Below are positions 1 to 8,890 of a DNA stretch of 64,000 nt, piece by piece. The stretch is from contig OY820905.2 in assembly GCA_963555755.3 (NCBI GenBank), forward strand, positions 2,656,001-2,720,000. The letters run 5' to 3'. Both the position numbers and the translations under genes were made by a program. Below the pieces are notes generated by a model that did not search any database, had not been told where the DNA came from, and saw nothing but the letters and a program-made list of their open reading frames with translations. The stretch comes from Nitrospirales bacterium (GTDB taxonomy: Bacteria > Nitrospirota > Nitrospiria > Nitrospirales > UBA8639). Each line of letters starts with the position of its first letter. The first letter of the stretch is position 1.

Positions 1-781
1 GGAGCGAATGCCCCGAAATGCGGCCCTCGACCCCGGCATCCGCCGCACGGCGCGCGATGATGCGCCGGAGCGAGCGGTCCGCTATGCGCTCGTTCCCCAC
101 AACCCCGCCCCGCCGCACGCGCCGGAACATCGGCCCCGCCCGGTGGCCGGCCGCATCTAGCCAAACCTGCACGCGCCGCACGGTCGGCGAGCCTATGAAC
201 TGCACGGCGCCCTCGCCCTTTTGGTCTGTTTTCGAGGACCGGATGGTGAGCCGGCCGGACCCGTCCGTTTCGGTGGCAAGGTCGGCGCAATCGAGGGCGG
301 CGACTTCGGAAACCCGGAGCATTGCATCGGACATGAGGGCGACGATTGCCGCATCGCGGAGCCCGGCAAGCGAGCCCCCCCAATTCGCCGCAACGGCCCC
401 GATTGCATCGGCCTGTTCCCATCGGATGCCAGCGACTTGCCCGCGGCCCCGGTCCCGAGCTTCCCGCCGGAAGCCGGCGAGCACGCGATCCGTTGCCGGA
501 CCCGCGGGCGACGGCTGGCCGGCGAGTTTGGCCCGGAGCTTCGCCGCGGCGACTGCCTGACCGGCGACGGCGGGCGCGCGGCCCGCATCGCGCAACGTCG
601 CGAGGTACGCGGCGAGGGCGCCATCTTCCAACGGCCGGCCGGCGAGGAACGAATCGAGGCGGGCGAGGGCGCCGGAGTAGGCGCGGCGGGTGTTCGTGGT
701 GAGCGAGGCCGCGGCGAGGGTGCGGGCCGACTCGGGAAGCGTAGCGAGGGCGGCGGCCGGGGCGGGAATGAGCGCGGACAT
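1..781 (-). CDS. Cre-like tyrosine recombinase (3' end runs off window)
   Basis: Manual translation from ATG at 781: MSALIPAPAAALATLPESARTLAAASLTTNTRRAY...GLRDAAIVALMSDAMLRVSEVAAL...LTIRSSKTDQKGEG...RISGHSL. Contains the LRxSE, SKTDQ and SGHSL motifs. AGGA RBS upstream. Absent from the ORF track because it lacks a stop in the window. Confidence 0.9.
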   Translation of the reverse strand, partial: MSALIPAPAAALATLPESARTLAAASLTTNTRRAYSGALARLDSFLAGRPLEDGALAAYLATLRDAGRAPAVAGQAVAAAKLRAKLAGQPSPAGPATDRVLAGFRREARDRGRGQVAGIRWEQADAIGAVAANWGGSLAGLRDAAIVALMSDAMLRVSEVAALDCADLATETDGSGRLTIRSSKTDQKGEGAVQFIGSPTVRRVQVWLDAAGHRAGPMFRRVRRGGVVGNERIADRSLRRIIARRAADAGVEGRISGHSL

Positions 782-802
782 GGCGTGTTCCTGATAGGTA
801 GG

Positions 803-832
803 TAGGTCCGATAAACAGAATTATCGGACCTA
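803..832. other. Putative lox/dif-like recombination site (12-6-12 perfect inverted repeat)
   Basis: TAGGTCCGATAA-ACAGAA-TTATCGGACCTA, 21 bp upstream of the recombinase start. Confidence 0.7.
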
Positions 833-892
833 TTATTGGGCGTTACAACCCCCCTGTGAGACGGTCGGATGCGACGTGTTCCCGTATTATTC

Positions 893-1282
893 CCCTCAGC
901 CTGAATTTCAACTCCGTCCAATACTCTAAATACTTCAACATCAAAAGTTGGAGGAGTAGCAGTACTTTCTAAGTTGGTTATTTTAATCTTTAACTCATTA
1001 TTAGCATAAGCACCAGGATCAACTGAGTAGATAGCATATAAGCCAACAAGTTGATCGAAGTCAACAGTTACATCACCAGCAGAAGGTGCAGTAGCCCAAG
1101 TTACTGAAATAACTCTTGTTTCATAATTAACTGTACCAGTAACTTTTACTGTACCATCAGTACCTGAAATTACTCCATCACCGTCATCGGTAGCTACTTC
1201 ATCAGTAGCTCTCTTAATAGAGACTAAAGTAGGTCTGATAGGATTGTCAGAAGTGGATGAGTTATACTTGAAAGTAGTGCCT
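893..1282 (-). pseudogene. Internal fragment of a phage tail-sheath-like structural protein
   Basis: AT-rich block translating SGTTFKYN...GTVNYETRVISVTWATAP...DPGAYANNELKIKITN...TFDVEVF; no own start or stop. Confidence 0.55.
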
Positions 1283-2647
1283 GAGGTGAGTTGAAAAGAC
1301 GCGGCGTCTCGGGTTGAAATGGTTGTTCTCACAACACCCACCTTCAACCACAAAGGAGAGACGCCACGATGGAGAAGCGTAACAAAACAGAGCAAGAAGA
1401 GCGAGGAGGCCAAGACGAACTCACCGCATTGATTCGGACGGGAGCCCAGAAGCTGATTGCCCAAGCACTGAAAGTGGAGGTGGCTGACTTGTTAGCTACC
1501 TATGCTGGCCAGCAGGATGAGCAGGGCCACGCGCGGGTCGTCCTCAGTGGCCATCACCCGACGCGAGAGATTCAGACAGGGATCGGGCCGGTGACGGTGC
1601 AGGTCCCCAAGGTGCGCAGTCGAGCGGGGGAGCCTGCCACCTTTCGGTCGGCCTTGGTTCCACCCTACGTACGCAAGACGCGGAACTTGGAAGCGGCCCT
1701 CCCCTGGCTGTATTTGAAGGGCATCTCGACCGGGGAGATGCAGGCGGCTTTGGAAGTGTGAGTCGGTTCCGAGGCGAAGGGCCTCTCCGCTAGTACCATC
1801 GCCCGGTTAAAGCAGGTGTGGCGAGAAGAATACGACACCTGGCGGCAGCGACGGCTCGATGATGCACAGTGGGTCTATATTGGGGTGGATGGGATTTACA
1901 GTGGCCTGCGGGCAGAGACGCAACGGCTCTGTGCGTGAGTCGTCATTGGCGTAAAGAGCCAGGGGGACAAGCAGTTCTTGGCGATCGAAGACGGGGTGCG
2001 TGAGTCCACCCAGAGCTGGCGGGAAGTGCTGCTGCATCTCAAAGCCCGGGGGATGCACGCTCCCGAATTGGCCATTGGCGATGGCGCGATGGGCTTCTGG
2101 GCAGCTGTGGAGGAAATCTATCCGACCACGCGCCAGCAGCGGTGTTGGGTGCACAAGACGATCAATGTGCTGAATGCATTGCCGAAGAGTGGGCAGCCGA
2201 AGGCGAAACAGGCGTTGCAGGAGATCTGGCGGGCCGAGACCAAAACCGCTGCCACCCGCGCCTTCGATCGCTTTCTTCGAACCTATGAGGCCAAGTATCC
2301 GAAGGCCACCGCGTGTTTAGAAAAAGATCGGGAGGAGTTGCTGACATTCTATGCGTTTCCGGCTTCGCACTGGCAGAGTCTTCGCACCACGAATCCAATT
2401 GAATCGACCTTTGGAACAATTCGCCATCGGACCAAGCGGACCAAGGGCTGCCTGACTCGTGATGGCCTGTTACAGATGATGGTCAAGCTGGGACGATGTG
2501 CGGAGAAAAACTGGCGCCGCCTCCGGGGATTCAAGGAGTTGGAAAAAGTTATCACGGGCATTCAATGTACTGATGGCATCGAGGAAGCCAAGCTTGATCC
2601 GGTCGCCGCGTAATCAACAGCTCAGACACCAGATTTGACAATAGCTC
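1283..2647 (+). mobile_element. IS256-family element, transposase pseudogene (1369-2613, two in-frame TGA)
   Basis: Motifs LYLKGISTG, IGDGAMGFW, QRCWVHK, RTTNPIESTF. Imperfect ends GAGGTGAGTTGAAAA... and ...TTTGACAATAGCTC. No matching target duplication. Confidence 0.9.
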
Positions 2648-2832
2648 GTTTTTTCGCCGCTGGAGGTGGATCACCCGGGCATGCCGATCCCCAGATCCCC
2701 CCCCTCAATTTCGATGAGGCGGTGAACCCAGGGAAGGAAAATAACTCGCGAATCGATTTGGGATTTTTCATGGCGTGAGTTTACCCGTAAAGTGAACCAA
2801 TTTTCACCCCCCACCGAATCTCTCAATACCTA

Positions 2833-3006
2833 CATGAATGCTATGGTTTTCACTTTGTGGAACGCAGGATTCCGCCACACGTTTCCGCGTAGACCCATAT
2901 TTGTAATCTCAGATATACCTGAATATGGCAGTGAACTAGGCTCTTTATCCTTTTCCTTATGCTCATCTAACTCTTCTGGAGTTGGCACTGAAACTGGTAG
3001 TGTCAT
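2833..3006 (-). pseudogene. 5' fragment of an AT-rich hypothetical gene
   Basis: GAGGT RBS and ATG at 3006 (MTLPVSVPTPEELDEHKEK...); composition changes near 2832. Confidence 0.4.
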
Positions 3007-3020
3007 AATTTACCTCAATC

Positions 3021-3053
3021 ATAGAGTGGACAAGAAATTTTTGTCCACTCTAT
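3021..3053. terminator. Hairpin downstream of the outer-membrane protein gene
   Basis: ATAGAGTGGACAA-N7-TTGTCCACTCTAT. Confidence 0.6.
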
Positions 3054-3065
3054 TTCTCACCTAAG

Positions 3066-3991
3066 CTAGAATGCATACTTCATACTTAAAGTCATTGCCC
3101 AGAAAGATAAATCATTAGTCATAGCGTTATACTTCACCATATCGGCACGTTTGTTGTGAGATGCGTGGCTTCTTAGTTGATCCCATGCTACTGGATCACC
3201 TGAGAAATTACCTAAATCTGTCCATCTAAACTTTAAACCTACAGACAAAGGTTCAGTCCACTGGTAATCAACTCCTGCAATCGCTTGCCAGCCCATCATT
3301 ACATCAGAGAAAGTATTTCTACCAATAGAAGTAGTACCAGCTAGTTTAGCATTTAATGCATACCATCAGCTGCTATCTGCACCATCACCCGTAAAGTATC
3401 GCACCATCAAAGGTACTGATTTTGGCAGGGTCAGACTCCCTGGCCCACCTTGAGTAGTAGGCCATATCAACTTTAGCCATACCAACACCAACCCCAATGT
3501 AAGGTGTAAACTTGGACGAGTTATGAAAATCATAGTAAACATTCGCAAATAAGTTATGCGAAGTTAAACTATCTACAGCAGCTTCTAGTGCTGACAGCTC
3601 TTGAAGTTGTTTGGCATCTGCACCATCACTAGCTACACTATCTCGATCAGTACCTATATTATTGTGGCCTCTGTAGAAGTACTCACCTTCAAATCTGAGA
3701 TGATTCCACTTATAACCAGCTGATGCACCAGCCATTACGCCCCAGTTACTACCAAACTGTGACATCCAAGAATCACCAGCTGGGTTAGGACCACATTCAC
3801 CACCTGCTGTTTGACTATCATCAGGGTTTATAAATTGGTCACACTTGGAAGGATGATCGTTATCTTTCCCAGTTACACTCATTTCAGAGCCATCAGCCAC
3901 TCCCATATCCAGACCAATATACCAACCATCAGCAGCAAATGCTGGACTCGCTACTGCTAGCATAAAAGCTACTAACATTAAGAAATCTCAT
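3066..3991 (-). pseudogene. Opacity/Msp4-like outer-membrane beta-barrel protein, frameshifted
   Basis: ORFs 3385-3978 and 3066-3299 are two halves: signal peptide, GWYIG, RFEGEY, ANVYYDF, FTPYIGVGVG, then WQAIAGVDY and terminal YAF. Indels near 3360-3390 and at the start (AAGGAG RBS then ATG 3991, out of frame). Confidence 0.75.
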
Positions 3992-4024
3992 TTTAATCTC
4001 CTTTAGATTAAATACGATTAATAT

Positions 4025-4414
4025 TTAGAGCTTAGATAAACTCTTTTGGTAAAAATAATAACCAGCATTCTTATTAGGATTGTAATCATAATAAATTATC
4101 TTTACCTTTTTATCTTCATAAGAATTGTACTTAAACATAAAATCATGCTCATCCTCTAATGAGTTACCATGAAAATCAATGCTAGATAAGATACCTTTTC
4201 CTAAGAATACTCCTTTAGGAATGTTAATAAAAGACAATTCAGCTCGATTCAGACTGGCAGTATCTTTATGAGATAATAGACGCTTCTTACTCTTTAACTT
4301 GCTCTCTATCTGCTTGAGTAGATCCTTAAATTCCTTAACTGGAATCTTATCAGCAATTTCAACTGAATCAGAAGTAATAATCTTATAATTATCCACTGTA
4401 TTAATCTTTATCAC
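4025..4414 (-). CDS. AT-rich phage-like hypothetical protein
   Basis: 129 aa ORF with GGAGG RBS. Confidence 0.6.
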   Translation of the reverse strand: MIKINTVDNYKIITSDSVEIADKIPVKEFKDLLKQIESKLKSKKRLLSHKDTASLNRAELSFINIPKGVFLGKGILSSIDFHGNSLEDEHDFMFKYNSYEDKKVKIIYYDYNPNKNAGYYFYQKSLSKL

Positions 4415-4835
4415 CTCCTCTTCTATGAGGAGTTATCTTGATAGTCTTGCCTATGGATTCGCCTTCAAAAACTTCGTAGATACTAGTAACTTCGAAAGTT
4501 CTAGTCACAAGCTTTTTGTGTGAGTTGATAAAGTGCACTTTACCTAATGAAGATTTTTTTATGTCATCAGCAAATTTAGCTAGAGCTTCAATCGCAGGCT
4601 CCTCCTCAAATGAAGCTGAATCACCTCGCTGAGAATATCTATCAGGCCAATTTATGACCATTTTAGTATCTAAATAAGTACTACCACCGTATTCAATAAA
4701 GTCTCCATAGAAATCCCTATTAGAACTATCACTAGTCTCAATTGAGACTGGAGTTCCTATTAATTCTATATACTCATCACGCAAGCTTCTTTGCCTGTCC
4801 AGCACTGATCTCTAGAACTCATAAGTGGTAGCCAT
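4401..4835 (-). CDS. AT-rich phage-like hypothetical protein (possible head-completion type; start region frameshifted)
   Basis: ORF 4401-4805 overlapping the next gene; upstream ATG near 4835 is out of frame. Confidence 0.45.
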
Positions 4836-4838
4836 AAA

Positions 4839-5271
4839 TTACTCCACGCTAGTTATTTCACCTAAAAACCATATTTTCTTCAATGAATTGTAGTCATAAT
4901 TTACGTTGTAGTGGTTTCCATAATCATCTCTTAGAATAATTATAAAACAAATATCACCACTCGTCTTAAATCCATAAATAAAAGATTTAATTTTCCCACC
5001 TTCTATTTCCACATTTCGTTTCATGGACTTAAAAGAAGTAGGTGCATGATTTATAATCTTTTGCACATATTCTGTGGGCACTAAGTATCTGATAATGAAT
5101 CCTGATCCATCTTCATTGTACTCAAACTTACGTAGAGTCATATTAATCAGTATTGGAAGCATTTGAGAATGCCTCACCATCCTTAGGGTAAAAACTATCA
5201 AAATCATCTGAACTAAGCTCTTCAGTGGATGAGTATCCATCATCAGAAGATACTGCTTCTATTATCTTCAT
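4839..5271 (-). CDS. Hypothetical protein, paralog A (frameshifted 5' part)
   Basis: Shares P(T/R)S(F/L)KSM, GG(K/E)I.SF..G....GDICF...LRD and YN...K.W(F/Y)L.....T motifs with 5444-5830. Confidence 0.6.
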
Positions 5272-5937
5272 AAATACCTCATATATAACCAAGGTAAACT
5301 ATCCAAATTGTCTAAGCTTTAGGTAATGAGCTAATAGGTATATTACCTATAAGTTCTCCATCTGCAAAATATCTACCAATTTATTAGCAAACTTCATAAT
5401 CTCTCTAGCTTCAGTAGCATGTGGAAACTTAGTTCTTAGCAAATTAACCTAACCTAGTTACATCATCTAAGTACCAGCTCTTCTTCACCGAATTATTATA
5501 ATACAATAATTTGTAGTGATTGTCATCATTATTGTCTCTCAGAACAACCTGAAAGCAAATATCACCATCTTCCGTTAATCCCCAAGAAAAGGATAAAATC
5601 TCACCACCATCTTCATCTAAATCTTTCGCCATACTTTTAAGACTTCTAGGAGACAATTTTAATAATCTTACCACATCTTCATCTCTAACAGTGTACTTGA
5701 CAGCATATCCCATAGTTACAGTATCAATATGATTACTCCGATGCATAAATTTCAGAAGATTTACCATATCAATATTCTTCAGACGCTGTGGATAAAAACT
5801 ATTATCCAGCATCTCTTCAATCATTATCTTCATAAATACCTCATATATAACCAAGGTAAACTAACAAAATTGTCTAAGTTTTCGGTAATGAACTAATAGG
5901 TATATTAAATATAAGTTCTCCATCTGGTAAAATATCC
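5261..5937. repeat. ~115-bp direct repeat (about 5261-5373 and 5823-5936) preceding each paralog
   Basis: ATTATCTTCATAAATACCTCATATATAACCAAGGTAAACTA...TATAAGTTCTCCATCTG occurs twice. Confidence 0.9.
5444..5830 (-). CDS. Hypothetical protein, paralog B
   Basis: GAGGT RBS then ATGAAGATAAT, the same start context as paralog A. Confidence 0.65.
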   Translation of the reverse strand, partial: KIMIEEMLDNSFYPQRLKNIDMVNLLKFMHRSNHIDTVTMGYAVKYTVRDEDVVRLLKLSPRSLKSMAKDLDEDGGEILSFSWGLTEDGDICFQVVLRDNNDDNHYKLLYYNNSVKKSWYLDDVTRLG

Positions 5938-5938
5938 G

Positions 5939-6610
5939 TTGGGATTCACCACAGAAGAGTTCAACGCGATCATGGTCGGGGCGACTATTAGCGGCAGGAC
6001 GCTGAACTTCCCGACAGCGGACGGCGGCAGCATAGCCATCAATCTCCCGGCTGACATGGATACTCAGGACGGCGTGGTGAGTAGCGGATCATTCAGCGCG
6101 GACGGCATGATGCTGAATCTGGTGCTCGAAGACGGCACGGAGGTGCATATACCGGTTCCGGAGCTGTTCAGGGGAGCAGGACTCAGCGAGGCTGTGGTCA
6201 ACGATCTGATCGCCGCCGCGGGCCACGCATCTGCTACCGACGTGGCAAGTCTGGATGCCAGAGTGGCTGCGTTGGAGGGGGTGCCGCCGGGCATGCACTT
6301 GAGGTACTTCGGATTCTCAGCCGATCGGTCCGTCATGACAGCGGAGTTCGCAGATGCGAGTTCGTCGATGACCGACGAGGGAACGCTGCCCGCAAATACG
6401 GACGCAGCGTACCCGTACTTCGCGGTGCCGGAGACTGTCGGTGCGCCCGACAGCCTTCTGTTCCCGCCGAACCCGGTAGACCAGCTCTCATTCTACCAGC
6501 GCCAGGACGACACGGTGGACGACACCAACGGGGACCCGCATATCGTCTACATCGGATTCAACCAACTGCCGCCGGGTGGCGTCAGAGCCGTGAACCTCAT
6601 CTACAACTAA
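5939..6610 (+). pseudogene. 5'-truncated acidic phage-like hypothetical protein (GC-rich)
   Basis: Frame is open from the abrupt AT-to-GC junction at ~5938; no RBS or real start. Confidence 0.55.
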
Positions 6611-6621
6611 GGGAGCCGAGA

Positions 6622-7443
6622 ATGTTTCGACGCCTGACCTTGATCGCCGCCGCGGTCCTTCTGCCCCTGCTCGGCTGGGCGCAGACCTACACGCCGAACG
6701 CCGGCCAGCTCCCGTTCTACGGGCCGCTGCGCTCGGATTACATCGCTCCGGCCGGCAGCAAGATGCTGGACGCGCGGGATCTGGACGGGTTGTACGTCAA
6801 GTCGATCATCTTGAACGGGGCGATTCTCACCGCCACGTACCAGGACGCTGACAACGCCGAGCATTTGCTCAACGTCACCGTTGGCGGGGGCGGTGGGTTC
6901 GACGGTGTCCTGACGACCGCCGCGTACGAGTCCACCACGGAGGTGCTGACGCTCACCACGTCCACTGGTGGAGTGGTGACCGCCAGCTTCGCCGAGGTCA
7001 CCACCGCGGCCGACCTAACGGCTGCGCTTGAGGCGCTGGCAACGGTGCCGTCCGGCGGGGTGCCCGGTGACGTTCTGACGTGGCAGAGCGACGATACGTG
7101 GGACTGGGCGGCACCGGTCGGCGACGGCGTCGTTGAGGACGGTTCGGTGTCGGGCACGACGCTGACCCTGGACCGGACCGGGAGTCTGTCGGACGTGGTC
7201 ATCACCGGGCTGCCGCAGGACGGCGTGGTCGAGGACGGTTCGGTGTCGGGCACGACGCTGACGTTGGACAGGACGGTGGGCGCGGACGTGGTCATCACCG
7301 GGCTGCCGAGCGGAGGCGCCGCGGACGGCGTGGTCGAGGACGGTTCGGTGTCGGGCACGACGCTGACGCTCATCAGGACGATCGGCGGCGACGTGACGAT
7401 CACCGGTCTGCCACAAGGAGCCGCCGATGGCGTCGTGACCACT
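6622..7443 (+). pseudogene. Secreted-type protein with [16 protein letters not shown] repeats, 3'-truncated by an IS630 fragment
   Basis: Signal peptide MFRRLTLIAAAVLLPLLGWAQ; repeats begin at 7123, 7219, 7324 and 7426. Confidence 0.7.
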
Positions 7444-8144
7444 GTCATCGTGCCACAGCGGCCCTTCTTCATCGGCAGACCTGGCTGCGTACGATCCAAG
7501 GCCTGAATCGAACTCTTCTCGTCCACACACAGCACCACGGCTTTTTCGGGGGGATTGAGATATAGCCCCACGACGTCGTGTCATTTCTCCTCAAACCGGG
7601 GGTCCGTGCTGACTTTAAAGTGCTTCACCAGATGGGGCTTCAAGCCATGGGCCTGCCAGACGCGCTGGACAAAACTATGCTGACAGCCTACGGCTTGCGC
7701 CATGGACCGGGTGGACCAATGGGTCGCCCCTTTGGGTGTGCCCTGGGTGGTCCGGCGAAGAATCTTCTGCCTCAACCTCGTTTGCTCTTCCGTCTTCTGG
7801 CCGCCGTGGTTGGCGCCGCGTGGCGCATCTTTGATGATCCCGGGGTAGCCTTGCGCCGCATACCGATTGCGCCATCGCCCCACTTTATGCGGATCAATCC
7901 CAAGCACCAGACTGATCTCTTTGTTGGTGTTCCCGGCCGCGGCAAGAAGAACAATCTTTGAACGTTCCACCAATCGGACCATACTGCGGCGACTTCGGAT
8001 CTGTCGTTGTAACTGCCTACGGTCCCTGGCTTCTAACGTGATAGGCACGGCTTGACGCATACGCCCCTCCTCAACACGAGCATGAATGATATCGTGATGA
8101 TACCAGAATGCGTTATAATGTACAATCTATTTAGGACACTACAC
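7444..8144 (-). mobile_element. IS630-family element, 5' half only (truncated copy of 12556-13744)
   Basis: Closely similar to 13045-13744; end ...TTAGGACACTACAC followed by TA; in-frame TGA at 7581-7583 where the intact copy has TTA. Confidence 0.9.
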
Positions 8145-8257
8145 TAGCTCCTTCAACGGCCCTCGGTAATTCCCAGTCCCTGTGATGGGGCCCATGCTGC
8201 GGGAGAGCCCCCCAACCGGTGAGACACACTCGGCAAAGAACAGATTCGCATTGCCGC

Positions 8258-8287
8258 TTGACAGTGAACATCTGTTCACCGTATCCT
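8258..8287 (+). promoter_or_regulatory. Sigma70-type promoter of lexA with an embedded GAAC-N4-GTTC operator
   Basis: TTGACA (8258), GTGAACATCTGTTCAC palindrome (8264-8279), TATCCT (8282); ATG 9 nt later. Confidence 0.75.
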
Positions 8288-8296
8288 TGAGCCCTC

Positions 8297-8872
8297 ATGG
8301 ATTCCCGCTCGCATTTCCCGGCCATTGTCACGTTCTACCGCACGCACCAGCGCATGCCCACCTACCGGGAGATCATGCGGCTGGCCGGGTTTCGCTCCAC
8401 CAATGCCGCCGCGAAGCTCGTCAAGAAGCTCCTCGCCGCCCAACTTCTCCAGCAAGACTCCACGGGACGGCTCCTGCCCAGTCGCTTCTTTTCCGAGATC
8501 CGCGTGTTAGGCACGGTGGAAGCGGGCCTCCCCGCGCCGGCGGAAGAGGGCCACCTCGACACCATCAATCTGGAGGCACACCTCATCCGCAACCCGCAGG
8601 CCACCTACCTACTTCGGGTTCAAGGTGAGTCCATGATCGACGCCGGAATTCTCCCAGGGGATGCCGTCCTGGTGGAGCGCCGGAAGGAGGCCAAGACGGG
8701 GGACATCGTGATTGCCGAGGTCGATGGCGAGTGGACGATGAAAGTGTTCCGCAAGCGGGGGCGGCGCGTCTTACTGGAACCCGCGAACCCACACTTCCCG
8801 ACGATTGTCCCGAAGCAGCACCTGCGCATTGCCGCCGTGGTCATCGCGGTGATACGCACCTATCCCACCTAA
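8297..8872 (+). CDS. lexA: LexA-family repressor (HTH plus S24 autopeptidase)
   Basis: PTYREIM helix, VEAG cleavage site, GESM serine, EWTMK lysine. Confidence 0.9.
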   Translation: MDSRSHFPAIVTFYRTHQRMPTYREIMRLAGFRSTNAAAKLVKKLLAAQLLQQDSTGRLLPSRFFSEIRVLGTVEAGLPAPAEEGHLDTINLEAHLIRNPQATYLLRVQGESMIDAGILPGDAVLVERRKEAKTGDIVIAEVDGEWTMKVFRKRGRRVLLEPANPHFPTIVPKQHLRIAAVVIAVIRTYPT

Positions 8873-8890
8873 GCCCACGGCGCCCGAACG

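Noticed and set aside
193..1464. 423-aa ORF as one gene
   Set aside because: It is a read-through of IS256 antisense, the sheath-like fragment and an off-frame part of the recombinase.
2648..2832. Possible mobile-element end or RNA gene between IS256 and the AT-rich block
   Set aside because: No second copy, ORF or convincing structure was visible; left unassigned.
5261..5937. Integron attC cassette array
   Set aside because: No GTTRRRY/RYYYAAC-bounded palindromes and no IntI; it looks like a tandem duplication.
7123..7440. CRISPR-like or DGR repeats
   Set aside because: These are in-frame coding repeats; there is no reverse transcriptase and no adenine-specific variation.
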